From Eledone cirrhosa (lineage: Eukaryota): 64,000 nt of DNA. The stretch is from the NCBI GenBank assembly GCA_964016885.1, contig OZ024762.1, forward strand, positions 434,001-498,000, in the 5' to 3' direction. The notes under the pieces are model-generated. The model saw nothing but the letters and a program-made list of their open reading frames with translations. It was not told the origin of the DNA and did no database searches. The translations under genes were made by a program, and so were the position numbers. Each line of letters starts with the position of its first letter. Position 1 is the first letter of the stretch. Below, one piece after another: positions 44,262 to 58,499 of this stretch.

Positions 44262-44690
44262 CCAAGCCATAACAGGAGTTTAAGACTGGCTGCCCATGGG
44301 AACTTCTCTATGCTGATGATCTGGTTCTTATAATAGAATCAGTAGAGGAGCTAGAGAACTGTTGCTATGGAAACAACAGTTGGAATCAAGAGGTCTGAGA
44401 GTGAACCTAGCTAAGACAAAAGTGTTGATGAGTAGAAAAGAGGACAAAACCCTGATTCCGCCAGGGAAATGGCCATGTTCGATATGCGGGAAAGGAACTG
44501 GCATAAATTCTATAAAATGTACACAATGCAGATCTTGGGTACACAAGAGATGTAGCGGGATAGCAGGCAAACTAACAGGGAGAAATATGTATGCATTAGA
44601 TGTATGTACAGGGAAATTAGACAGTAGAAGTCGCACTGATAGACACATTTTTCAAATGCAGGAGGGTGCTATAGAAGTGGTTTATATATA
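44262..44690 (+). mobile_element. RTE-clade LINE reverse transcriptase fragment
   Basis: FKTGCPWELLYADDLV (YADD) then WKQQLESRGLRVNLAKTKVL and a Cys-rich insert (WPCSICGKG...CTQCRSWVHKRCSG); frameshifted. Confidence 0.85.
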
Positions 44691-44829
44691 TATACTCTGC
44701 CATAGAATACTAAATTACATTTGGAAGGATATACATGATGTTGAGTGCTTGAATCTAATTGCATCATCATCATTTACTGGTTGGAGTGCTGCAAACACAG
44801 TTGGTCAATGTTTTATACAAAAGTATATG

Positions 44830-44876
<47 letters not shown>

Positions 44877-46488
44877 GTGGAGATAGTAGTGATAGTGATG
44901 GTGGTGGAGGGGATGTCTTGATAATAGGATTAATTGAAGATTAAGACATAACAGGTTACCTTTATGTTTGTGTAACTTATCATATTGTGGTATATTGCTG
45001 TGTATATCATCATCATCATCATTATCATTTTACATCCGCTTTTCCCTGCTTGCAAGGGTGGGACATTGGGATATATATATATATCGGTGTGTAGATATAT
45101 ATCATATATATATGTGTGTGTATATATATATATATGTGTGTGTGTGTGTATGTATATATATCTGTCTGTATATGTATATATATATAAAAATATATGCATT
45201 TGTGTACATATATGTATATATATATATATATGGGAACTGATCAAGCCAGAATCAGTTCCTGTATGAGCAAGACAAGGTCAGCCGACCGGACACTGCCCAC
45301 AACAGGACAACTCGTCTAACCCATGCTAGCGTGGAAGAATGCACGTAAAACAGTGATGATGATGATGATGATGTGTGTATATGTGTATATATAAATCTAT
45401 ATATGGGTATATATGTGTATGTATGTGTATATATAAATCTATATATGGGTATATATATATGTGTATGTATGTGTATATATAAATCTATATATGGGTATAT
45501 ATATATGTGTGTGTGTGTAAACATATGTGTCTACATATAAATACACTTGATTGATTTACGACCGTTTCGTTAGACTAACAAGAATATTCCATTCCTGATA
45601 GAATAAACTCCTCAGAATGGGTTAAACCCAAATAATTGTTTCGACTTTTGGCATAAGGCCAGCAATTATCCCAGTGTATTACTGGTACTTTATTTTATCG
45701 ATCCTGTAAGGATGAAAGGCAAAGTTAACCTCGGCGGGATTTGAACTCAGACCATAAAGGGCTGTAACTCTATGCTGCAAAGCATGGCGTCCGACCCTCT
45801 ACTGATAATGCCAATCCAAAACACCTAACATGCCCCTCATCTCCAATGAAAGACTGGAAAACATATTTCAAAATTTAGATTTTTCGCCATCACTCTACTC
45901 TGGTTTTCAGCTAGAGTCTGTTACCACAGAGTATCTAGAACCCCTGACATGTCTGAATGGCAAGATAAATGGCTCTGATTAATAACTTAGCTTTATCTAA
46001 GGACAGCAGAATCTCTGACACCACTGAGCAACCCTCCATCCTCCTTGGTCAGAGCTACCAATCCACATTCCCACAATTTGGAGGCAGTTTGTTGCAACAA
46101 TGACACCAAATTGTGGGTCTGACACCACTAAGCAACCCTCCACCCTCCTTGGTCACGCATACCAACCCATAATCCCACAATTCTTAGCATTGTTGAGTGT
46201 GGGCCATTTGGAGGTGGTTCGTTGCAACATTAACACCGAATTGTGGGCAACCTCCAAATCAAGTCTTTTCTCTGTTTATGTTTGTTGTAATCCTGTTATC
46301 AATTACCTAATCTTTGCAATCTACACCTGATGATGTTACCCAAGTCTTATGTCAAAATCTGTTGACATAACCAGACCATAGAAATACGTATAGTTATTTT
46401 GCAATATTAAAGGAATATTTGGAACCTGCTCTGGTGTTATCTTTGAAATATTTAGCTCTGTTCCTGCACTAACCACGAGATACCACAC

Positions 46489-46523
<35 letters not shown>

Positions 46524-46887
46524 CACACACATCTTTGTACACACACACACACACACCCATGTCTAATATTCATACACACGCACAAAGGAGAAAGAAAGAA
46601 AGAAAAAAACAGAAAGAGAGAGAGAAAGGAGAAAAGAAAGAAAGAAGTATTGTGTGTTTTACACTAATGGTGATAACTTCCCCTCCCTTTACTAACACTT
46701 TACCTCCCCTTCCTCTCTCTCCCTCTTTATCAGTCTCGCTACTGCCTCTCTCCCTCTCTCTGGCTATTCACTCTCTCATTACACTCTTTTATAAACAATT
46801 TCTGTCTCTTTTTCCTTTTCTCTTTCTTTTCCCCCTCTCTCTACAGTTTAGCTTCTCTTCACTCTTTCTTTCCTTCTCTCTCTCTGT

Positions 46888-46929
<42 letters not shown>

Positions 46930-47010
46930 AAAGTTTATATATATGTAAACAAAGTTGATATATATATATATATAAACAAAGTTGATATATATATATATAT
47001 AAACAAAGTT

Positions 47011-47050
<40 letters not shown>

Positions 47051-47076
47051 AGTGGTTACACAACAGTTAGTTCCAC

Positions 47077-47121
<45 letters not shown>

Positions 47122-47229
47122 AACGATAGTTATAGCTCTGATTTATCTCAATTATTGAGCCCTCTGCCGCTCATTTCGAATTTTGTTTATCGTGAACTCG
47201 TGCGCCGATTTTTCGATACTCGATTATTC

Positions 47230-47288
<59 letters not shown>

Positions 47289-47334
47289 AACTTTCTTGGC
47301 GAAGGACTTCTGTCCAAAACATAGAGCCCTCCTC

Positions 47335-47670
47335 CTCCTTCTTCTTCCACATATTCCTGAGAGGGTCGTGGGAGGGTCAGAGTCCCTCAAACTCTCCCTT
47401 CAGCAGGTCCTGTCAGAAGCAACCGTCTCCACCTGAACCCCCCCCCCCCCCAAGGGTGACCAGCCAAACTGATGGATGTTATTCAACCATCTTGCTCGGG
47501 GTGGGGTCTACCCCTGGGGTCTCCTACCAGTCGGTTTTGGCCCGTAAAATCTATCCAGTGATTCTCTCCTGAGACCTTCTAAACCACATGTCTATAGAAT
47601 GAGAGGTGTGACCTCTTAATTAGGGGAAGTAGCAGCTCTACCTGGAGTGACTCTCTCATCTCTCAGCTAT
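47335..47670 (-). mobile_element. LINE (RTE-like) 3' end
   Basis: Same family sequence blocks (gatggatgttattcaaccatcttgctc, agcagctctacctggagtgactctc). Confidence 0.7.
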
Positions 47671-47767
47671 AAATCTCTCCAACAACAACAACAACACCAC
47701 CAACTATGGTTTTATACTTCAGAAACGTGAGACAAATGTAGACGACGAGGAAACTTTTATATAACTT

Positions 47768-47799
<32 letters not shown>

Positions 47800-48578
47800 G
47801 ACACATTGTTATATATTTAACTGTGTACAGATATTTCCATAGTATTTAAACATATACACCCGCACACAAACTCACCACACCTCGATATACACATATATAC
47901 ACATACATAATATATCTATATACATATACAACATAAACACCCGTGCACGGACACACTTAATACACATAACATATACACCATACACAGAGACCCAACACAC
48001 ACACATATATATACACACCCATATACAGAGACATTCAACACAACATATATATTTACATACATCACATATACACCGACACTCAATACTTATATATATATTT
48101 ATTTATTAAAATAACAGATTAAAGTTTAATCTTTGGATTTTAATTTTCAAATTTATTATTATTACTATATATATATATATATATATACATACATGCATAT
48201 ATATATATATATATATATATAACACATACATAACATATACACCCTTACACAGACACTCACTCACACACGTACATAACATTTACATACATATAATCGCACA
48301 TACATATACATAAGAATGCAGAGGTATTAAATGAAAGCCAAAATAATTTCTCTTCACCTCACCGACAACGTGTGACATTTTTCTGGATTAAATCACATTT
48401 ACCTGTATTAAAAACTTTCTTTATTAAGTAAGTATCTTAATTTTGTATATAATCACCTTTCTATAATATTTTAGCGTCTCCACGGAGAATTTACCACAGT
48501 TTCTCAACTTTTATAGTTACTAAGTAACTATTGTTGTAATCACTTAGGTTGTGACCACTACATTTTAATATATATATA

Positions 48579-48623
<45 letters not shown>

Positions 48624-48951
48624 TATTTTCGATGTATTTCTTGGTACTTCAACAACGCAGCAGGTGCGCGTGTATCTCTCTCTCTCTTTATATATATATA
48701 TATATATAGATAGATACATACATACATACACGCGCACCTGCTGCGTCGTGCGTGTATATATATACATACAAACACATTACACACATGCATACACACACAC
48801 ACGTATATATATTATAACAAGTGTATAATAGATGGAAAGATTATCTTTTAAACGATATTTATTTCCTTCCACATGTTTCAAGGGAGTTGTTCATCCAATT
48901 ATGTGAAATGTTAGCAAATAATTCCTCTAATTCTCCACTTCCCTTCCGCCA

Positions 48952-49000
<49 letters not shown>

Positions 49001-49439
49001 CAACCACATGTATATATACATATAAACATAAGCATTCACATACATATATATATACTTTTACCTTTGCTGTAAACGCATGTATAATTGTATGTTTTGATGT
49101 TTCTGAATTATATATATATATAATGTGGATACTTATGTTTATATGTATGTATATGCGCGCGCGTGTGTGTGTATGTATATACACGTGTGTGTGTGTGTAT
49201 TCTATATGAATGTATGTATATACACGTGTGTGTATATGTTTATATGTATGTATATACACGTGTGTGTGTATATGTCTATGTATATACACGTGTGTGTATG
49301 TCTATGTATATACACGTGTGTGAGTATATGTATGTATATACACGTGTGTGAGTATATGTATGTATATACACGTGTGTGTATGTAGGCTATCATTGTCGAA
49401 AGAGGCTGAAATGTGGAAATATCTCATATTCTTTGAATC

Positions 49440-49551
<112 letters not shown>

Positions 49552-49656
49552 TTATATATATAGAGAGAGACACACACACTCTCTTACACACTCATATACA
49601 CCCACACACACAGGGTGTCCTAAAAAATGTATACACACTTTGATTACCTGTACAGG

Positions 49657-49700
<44 letters not shown>

Positions 49701-49828
49701 AAAGTTATATTTAAATTGTTGGGTTAACAACGAGTAAATATTTATAACTGATATAAAAGCACTCGACAAATATTTGGAGTATATTTACAATATTAAATAA
49801 ATGGAAACTATATTTATAAAACCATATT

Positions 49829-49894
49829 TATTTCATTATATATATTTCAGGGATAACATATTAACAATATGCTATGCCTTCCTCAGACAAAATA
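49829..49894 (-). ncRNA. Complete type I hammerhead motif, inverted copy of the array unit
   Basis: Minus strand TATTTTGT-CTGAGGA-stem II-GAAA-TATATA-TA-ATGAAATA. The inverted arm ~49785-49894 mirrors ~50377-50485. Confidence 0.72.
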
Positions 49895-49964
49895 CAATAT
49901 AAACAGTCTTATAGATAAATAGATTCGACATACCGTAACAACATCTACTTGCATTTGAGAAGGT

Positions 49965-50442
49965 CTGAGGAAGGCATAGCATATTGTTAATATGTTATCC
50001 CTGAAATATATATATATATTTTGTCTGATGAAGGCATAGCATATTGTTAATATGTTATCCCTGAAATATATATATATATTTTGTCTGAGGAAGGCATAGC
50101 ATATTGTTAATATGTTATCCCTGAAATATATATATATATTTTGTCTGAGGAAGGCATAGCATATTGTTAATATGTTATCCCTGAAATATATATATATATT
50201 TTGTCTGATGAAGGCATAGCATATTGTTAATATGTTATCCCTGAAATATATATATATATTTTGTCTGAGGAAGGCATAGCATATTGTTAATATGTTATCC
50301 CTGAAATATATATATATATTTTGTCTGATGAAGGCATAGCATATTGTTAATATGTTATCCCTGAAATATATATATATATTTTGTCTGATGAAGGCATAGC
50401 ATATTGTTAATATGTTATCCCTGAAATATATATAATGAAATA
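49965..50442 (+). ncRNA. Tandem array of 8 x 60-bp type I hammerhead ribozyme motifs (last unit complete)
   Basis: Each unit is CTGAKGA + stem II AGG(C)ATAGCATATT-gtt-AATATGTTAT(C)CCT + GAAA + (TA)n. Cores start at 49965, 50025 ... 50385. The last unit (50377-50442) has an 8-bp stem I TATTTTGT/ATGAAATA and an AUA cleavage triplet. Confidence 0.75.
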
Positions 50443-51451
50443 AATATGGTTTTATAAATATAGTTTCCATTTATTTAATATTGTATATATATATATATAT
50501 ATAATTGTTTCTACTTTTGGCACAAGGCCAGCAATTACCCAGTGTATTACTGGTACTTTATTTTATCGACCCTGTAAGGATGAAAGGCGAAGTTAACCTC
50601 GGCGGGATTATAATAATATTTTCTTTATTAGCCACAAGGGTTGACGTAAAGTACAACATTAAGGACAGGACATCACAAGACGGTACAAATGGACATTTCT
50701 GTGTGTAAAGAAAAAACAAAGGAAATAAAATAAAAAAAACGAAACAAAGGAAGATCCCCCAATAGAGGGGAGACTTCCGAGGGTCACTTGTGGAGAAAGC
50801 CCATTAAAAAAGCTACGGTGACCCTGACCATCAGGGCAAGTGCCCTCTCCCAGTTTTATAATGAAGAATAAAAGGACGATTTGTTAGGTCTTCATTACGT
50901 TTATTGAGTAGCGACGCGCGTTTCGCTATTGATCAGCTCAAGGTTCGATCTGTATTGATCTAGCCCGACTCTGGAATCAAAAGCTCGTCGGACCTCTGCT
51001 GTGGTAATGAAGACATAACAAAATGTCCTTCTATTATAATTACACTCTACTTAGTTCTACACCTCTTTACCGACTGGAAACTACGTATTGAGTGCTTACT
51101 GGGGTGAACCTATAGTAACGGGACATTACAGTCCCTATATATATTCCCGAGTTATGTCGGGTGAAAGGAAGGTAACCACAGTTTAAAAAAGGTACTCAAT
51201 ATATTGGTAAAGTATAAGCATCTTTATTATATATATAGAAATAACTTCTACAGGACTAGAACTGTTTCATTCGTATGAAATGATATATATATATATATAT
51301 AAATATATAAAGAGAGAGGGAGAGAAAGAGAATTGTGTGAAATGTTTATCTCTCAGAAATAATTAATCAATTAATTTAGTCAATTAGTACAATATCTTTC
51401 TTAATCGAAACAATTGTAGCTAAGTAAAGACTTAGTTTATTCCTTCAGAAT

Positions 51452-51496
<45 letters not shown>

Positions 51497-51704
51497 GGTG
51501 TCCTAAAAAATGTATACACACTTCAACAGCATTCAAATAAATATTGTCTATACGGGTAATGTGTATGTCTACGCATTTTTTGGGGCACCCTGTATGTATG
51601 CATATATATATATTATGGTAGGATCATGTTGCCAATAATAACACACACCCAGTTGATTTTTCACTTTCATTTTATTGCACACACAGACACACGCTCACAC
51701 ACAC

Positions 51705-51789
<85 letters not shown>

Positions 51790-53002
51790 TTGAATCTAGT
51801 GAGAGATATTTTCATCATCTTCTGAACTCCTATATTAAAGAATCCCTTTGTTTATTACGTAATATAACATTGACAGGTGTTGTTATCCCACCAGGTGGAG
51901 CTGTTTGCAAGATATTTGTTTCATTACTGGTACTTTATTTTATCGACCCCGTAAAGACGAAAGGCAAAATTAACCTTGGCAGGATTTGAACTCAGAACGC
52001 AAAGGGCCATAACTCTATGACGTAAAGCATGTTGTCCGACGTTCTACCGATTCTACTGCCAATTCACATACTGCCTATGTTTAACCCTTTAGTTACCAAC
52101 CCAGCCAAAACCATCTCTGGTTCTATGAAATAAAGTCACCTATTTTAAAGGTTTCCAATTTAAATTAAAATCATTCTGCATAATTTTATATAAGAACCAT
52201 ATGTTAAGTTACTATCTTAGTAATACATTGTGTCCTTGAGCAAGACACTTTAATTTATGTTGCCTCAGTTTATTCAACTGTAGAAATGAGTTGCGGCATC
52301 ACTGGTGCCAAGCTGTATCGGTCACAACTTGGATGACATGGAGAGGGGAGACTGGTATGGGTGACTGCTGGTCTTCCACAAACAACCTTACCCAGACGTG
52401 TGCCTCGGAGAGGAACTTTCTTGATGCAACTCCCATGGTTATTAGTGACCAATATGGGCCTTAACTAACTTTAATGAAATAATTAATAATTTTAGTAAAT
52501 CCCTCAATATTCTTAATTAATTAATTAACATAGTGTATTTAATTAGATATATGGTCATGAAAGGGTTAATAACAGCCCTTAATATTTCAGGATAAATTCC
52601 CTTCATCAAAAAGTGAGGAACTAATTCCAAGATATCTTGAGTCATTCTAATGATGTCATCTTAATTTAATTTATTCTGCAGACTTTGGATTCTAGGTTTT
52701 GTTTTCACAATCTGAGAGTGCTAGGTCACCAGCAGGGGACACACACATGCACGCACACGAACACACACACACATCTGTATAGGTTTATATGATTACATTG
52801 AATGTGTGAAATGCGGTCTGTCTGTCTGTTTGTCCATCATTATTTTTCTGTGGGATCATTAAACCAATTATGGCCCATCCTTTGTATCAGTGTATGTTTG
52901 TGTGTGTGTATATATATATATATATATGTGTGTTTGTGTCTGTCTTTATGTTGATATATGCATGTTTTGTGTGTGTGTGTGTATGTGTTTGTTTGTGTTC
53001 CT

Positions 53003-53042
53003 ATAAGACTTTGTTTTTGCATCCCTATGTTGTTATATACAT

Positions 53043-53075
<33 letters not shown>

Positions 53076-53110
53076 CACACGTACATACACATATATATAT
53101 ACATTCAGAC

Positions 53111-53141
<31 letters not shown>

Positions 53142-53331
53142 CGTGTGTGTATATATATATATATATAGATCGTTATCGAGGTTAAGGGTAACGTCCAGGA
53201 AGTTTACTCGGGTTAGGGACGTTACCCGTAACCTCGATAACGATCTGTACTACCCACACAGGCAGCCAAACGACAACCTGCACTACACCACCGCTGGTCG
53301 AACCATCCTAGAAACATCACCAATAACCTTG

Positions 53332-53367
<36 letters not shown>

Positions 53368-53402
53368 ATATAACACCAACATAGGGATGCAAAAACAAAG
53401 TC

Positions 53403-53406
<4 letters not shown>
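53003..53406. repeat. Nested inverted repeats: outer ~35-bp arms, inner ~30-bp hairpin
   Basis: Outer ataagactttgtttttgcatccctatgttg/caacatagggatgcaaaaacaaagtcttat; inner agatcgttatcgaggttaagggtaacgtcc/ggacgttacccgtaacctcgataacgatct (53167-53246). Confidence 0.8.
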
Positions 53407-53437
<31 letters not shown>

Positions 53438-54084
53438 TACGTACACATACACACACATATATACATATACACAGACATATATACACATACACACACATAT
53501 ATACATATACACAGACATATATACACATAAGTGGAGTCAGTAAAAATGGATGTTTACTGTGGTATGTGTCCTTTGAGAAACAATTTTACTAACATGTGTT
53601 TAAAATATGTAGGTGGGGTGTGACCTGCTGAAAACTGGGTCATAGAATCCACAGAAGTGCGTATAGTGCAATTATGTCATGGGAAAATATATACACCTTC
53701 ATATATACATATACCCCGTCCAAACCCATGCTAGCGTGGAAGATGGACGTTAAACGATGATGATGATGATGATTATATATATACATATATGTGTTTATAT
53801 ATATATACATGTGTTTATATATATATATATATACATACATACATATGTCTCTTTCTGTTCAAACCGGCCGTAACTGGCCACTCATACTGATGTTAAGGTA
53901 TTGTTCTCAAAATAAATATCAAAATCACATAGATTCGATATTATGTGAGGTAAAGCCTTTACTGTGACAATACAATAGTATATATAGAGTAATGTAAATG
54001 TTATGTGAGATATTATGTGAGATACAGACTTTACTGTGACAATACAATAGTATATATAGAGTAATGTAAATGTTAAAGGATTAA

Positions 54085-54345
54085 ATGCTTTTCTAAAGGA
54101 AATAAACAGGTTGAGGATGAACGAGGATCTAGAACACAACATAGGATTGGTAGAAAACATTGAAGTGTGAAAGTTAGTGATGTAAGACTGTTGACCTACT
54201 GGAAGGATATCTGAAGCTGTTGGTATCAGTATTGGTACTGTGGGTACAATTCTGACCAAAGATCTGGAACCCCACAAAGTCTGTGGCCAAGTTTATGCCA
54301 AAGATCCTCTCTGACAACCAGAGGCAGTTCTGTATTGAGTGTTAC
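54085..54345 (+). mobile_element. Degenerate mariner transposase fragment (HTH region)
   Basis: Reads as ...VEDERGSR...ENIEV*KLVM*DC*PTGRISEAVGISIGTVGTILTKDL..., with in-frame stops. Confidence 0.6.
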
Positions 54346-54669
54346 ACTGACATTAGAGCATTGGGCTTGCAATCGAAAGGTTGTGAGTTCAATTCTCAGA
54401 CCGGGTGATGTGTTGTTTCCTTGAGCAAGACACTTTATTTCACATTGCCCCAGTTTACTCAGCTGTAGAAATGAGATGATAGGGACTGGGGTCCCTATCA
54501 TTCCACTGCAAAGTGGTCGTGGAGGTGCCACGCCAAGAAAGCACCCAACACTCACTGTAAATGAGGTTGGTGTTAGGAAGGGCATCCAGCTGTTGAAACC
54601 AAGCCAGAATCAGTTCCTGTCCCACCCTTGCAAGCAGGGAGAGGTGGACGTGAAATGAAATGACATGAA

Positions 54670-54748
<79 letters not shown>

Positions 54749-54909
54749 TGTGGTGTCACTGCAGGGGTGGAGGAGCAGTGTACTCCATGCCTCGCTCCAT
54801 GGGGGAGAGTGGTGGTCACTCCATCACATGACCAGGGAGGTGTGTCATGTGACCTATTGTTGATGTTAGATAATAAACACCTCATCTCTCTCTCTCGCTC
54901 CTCTCTCTC

Positions 54910-54940
<31 letters not shown>

Positions 54941-54955
54941 CCATCTCTCTCTCTC

Positions 54956-54992
<37 letters not shown>

Positions 54993-56702
54993 CACTGAAA
55001 AACAGCGATTAACATACTTCATGGTGACAAATAAGTTTAAATATTTGTTGTTGGTGGTGGTGGTATGGGGGTGGTGGTGTGGTAGTGGTGTGTGGTGGTG
55101 GTGGTGGTGGTAGTGGTGTGGTGGCAGTGGTGGTGGTGTAGTGGTGTAGTGGTGGCAGTAGTGGTGGTGGTGGTGTAGTGGTAGTGGTGTGGTGGTGGTG
55201 TAGTGGTGGTGGTGGTGGCAGTAGTAGTAGTGGTGGTGGTGTATAAATGTCAATGATTGCTTCATTCCAGTCATTCAGAACCTTGCTTTCTGTTGTTGTT
55301 GTTGTTGGCGGTGTCTTTAATGTTGTTGTTGTTAGATTGGTCAAAGGATTAACTCTCTCCCAATAAAACCAGGTCAGTCCAAGACTTCACAGCCTTTGGT
55401 CAACTATTTACTTCTAATCCCCTTTTGGTCGCTCCAAACCTATCGATCAACCAAATTGCTAAAAGTTCACTGTCAGTTCACCACCCCACGTCGTTGCGTC
55501 CCCTCAAGTCATTGCGACCCCAAAGTCACCGCCACCCTCCCCAAACTCTTTGCGACCCTCCCCCAAGTCACTGATCGACTGGCACGTTATTGTACTACTA
55601 TTTCATAAACCCAACTAATTACTGACCAAATGACTTAATTACACTGTGGTTAATTACGAAACCTAGTAATTAGCAACTTTAATTTGGTAAATTTAATTGT
55701 AATTAACGTTCTGTAATAACGACTTCAGATCGTCTCGTTAACTCAGACTTGTTTAATTTCTAACATCCTCTGATTGTTAAGTAGAAAATATGTAAAAACT
55801 GGTTTGATTGAAGTATTTTGTACTTTACAGCAATGTCTTATTAATATGGTTTTATGCGGTTTGTTAATTCAAATGTTTATAGTATCTTTACTAGTTGACA
55901 GGTCATTATAAAAATGTGATGTAGTCGTAGTGTTGTTTTGTACTAAATGTTTATAGTATCTTTACTGGTGGACAGATTGTGAAAATTTACAGTATTACAG
56001 TAAAGACTTTACTATTTAATGTGATGCAGTGTTGTTTTGTACTTTTCTAGAATGTCTTACCAATGTGGTTTGTAAATTCAAATGTTTATAGTATCTTTAC
56101 AAGTGGACAGATTGTTGTGAATATAATACAGTCATAGTGCTTTTTAATACTTAACAAAGAATGTCTTACTGATAAGGTTTCATATGACACAGCTCTGTTA
56201 AGTGTTGAACTTTCAACTATTAAAATATTTTCAAATTATTTCTTAACAAGGAAGCAATTTTTAAACCAGTGAAATGGAGAAAAGTTTTGACATAACAGCC
56301 TTTTGTGTATATTATCTGAATTTAGTAAAAGTTAAGAATGGTTTAATGTTTTAGACGCCACAAACATGGTTAGAGATGTAAAGCAAGAATTTCAAGATTT
56401 CTAAATTAATAAAATTTCAAAAATCTCACACCTGTTATACCTAATCAATAAATATAGAAGTGACAAACTTTCTTCAAAGCACTCCTATTGTGTATCTTAC
56501 CCACTGTTTCCCAGCACTTCCATTGTGTGTCATATCCGGTGTTTCAAAGTACATCATTGTCATATATCTTACTCAGTGTTTCCCAGCAATTAAAATCATT
56601 TCTTTTTTTCCATTTTTATCTTTACAATAATATTTTTATTAACAATTAAACAGTTTCTTTATTGTATTTTGTTGAATAAAGTGTTTTTTATTTGTCTTAT
56701 GA

Positions 56703-57730
56703 GTGTACCCAGTTTACAATAGGTACACTGTATCCCTGTGTGTACCCAGTTTACAATAGGTACACTGTATCCTTGTGTGTACCCAGTTTACAATAGGTAC
56801 ACTGTATCCTTGTGTGTACCCAGTTTACAATAGGTACACTGTATCCTTGTGTGTACCCAGTTTACAATAGGTACACTGTATCCTTGTGTGTACCCAGTTT
56901 ACAATAGGTACACTGTATCCTTGTGTGTACCCAGTTTACAATAGGTACACTGTATCACTGTGTATACTCAGTTTACAATAGGTACACTGTATCCCTGTGT
57001 ATACCCAGTTTACAATAGGTACACTGTATCCCTGTGTATACCCAGTTTACAATAGGTACACTGTATCCCCGAGTGTACCCAGTTTACAATAGGTACACTG
57101 TATCTTTGTGTACCTAGTATACAATAGGTACACTGTATCCCAGTGTATATCTAGTATACAATAGGTACACTGTATCCCTGTATATACCTGGTTTACAATA
57201 GGTACACTGTATCCCTGTGTGTACCCAGTTTACAATAGGTACACTGTATCCTTGTGTGTACCCAGTTTACAATAGGTACACTGTATCCTTGTGTGTACCC
57301 AGTTTACAATAGGTACACTGTATCACTGTGTATACTCAGTTTACAATAGGTACACTGTATCCCTGTGTATACCCAGTTTACAATAGGTACACTGTATCCC
57401 CGAGTGTACCCAGTTTACAATAGGTACACTGTATCTTTGTGTACCTAGTATACAATAGGTACACTGTATCCCAGTGTATATCTAGTATACAATAGGTACA
57501 CTGTATCCCTGTATATACCTGGTTTACAATAGGTACACTGTATCCCTGTGTGTACATAGTTTACAATAGGTACACTGTATCCCTGTGTGTACCCAGTTTA
57601 CAATAGGTACACTGTATCCCTGTGTATACCCAGTTTACAATAGGTACACTGTATCCCTGTGTGTACCCAGTTTACAATAGGTACACTGTATCCCTGTGTG
57701 TACCCAGTTTACAATAGGTACACTGTATCC
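56703..57730. repeat. ~37-bp minisatellite, ~28 copies
   Basis: (gtgtacccagtttacaataggtacactgtatccctgt)n with a duplicated block of variant units. Confidence 0.95.
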
Positions 57731-57816
57731 ACACACACACACACCTGACACACCTTTAAGACACCTGACATATTAACCTGTCCTCTTTCCTCAAGGTTCA
57801 CTCATTCATGTCCTAT

Positions 57817-57871
57817 ATCTCCATAGCAACCAAACGCTTCATTCTTATCGGTTGCCAGTTGCTATAGAAAC
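57817..57871. promoter_or_regulatory. Pair of RFX X-box-like motifs upstream of SH2D4
   Basis: ATCTCCATAGCAAC (57817-57830) and GTTGCTATAGAAAC (57858-57871) resemble GTTNCYATGGNAAC and lie in a non-repetitive island ~0.9 kb before the ATG exon. Confidence 0.4.
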
Positions 57872-58499
57872 AGTAGCTACCTGTATTATTACAGAATAGG
57901 TGGAATTCCATTGACACACACACACACACACATATACATACACACATACATACTCTCTCACATCCACTCATACACGCTCCCCCCCCTCTCTCTCTCTTCT
58001 CTTACACACACACACATTCCTGATAATTTCATTGGAATGAAACAGTTCTAGTCATGTAGAAGCCATTCCTATAATAAATATTGATGTTTTCACTCTACTA
58101 ATGTATTGAGTGCCTTACTGTGGTTACTCCTCTCTCTCTCTCTCTCTCTCTGTCTGTAATATAATGTAAATGTGGTTGGTGTTAGGAAGGGCATCCAGCC
58201 ATAGAAAACCTGCCAGACAGTCCTATACGAGCGAGACACGGTCACCCAACCAATCTTGCCTCAAATGGAACAATTCCTGCCTAACCCATCCTAGCGGGGA
58301 AGATAGAGGTTAAATGATGATGATGATGATGATATATTATGTAAACATTTTTGGTTGTTTACAAACAATAGAATTATGTCTGGAGATCATTTTATTTTGG
58401 GGAAAGCCTGTGCATTCTAATAAATATTACCTGTACAGGTAACCAAAGTATGTATACATTTTTTGGGGACACCCTGTATATATATATATATATTCTAAT

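Noticed and set aside
49883-50470. 195-aa repetitive ORF and a CRISPR-like appearance
   Set aside because: Units are contiguous 60-mers with no unique spacers, in a eukaryotic context with no cas genes. The ORF exists only because 60 is divisible by 3.
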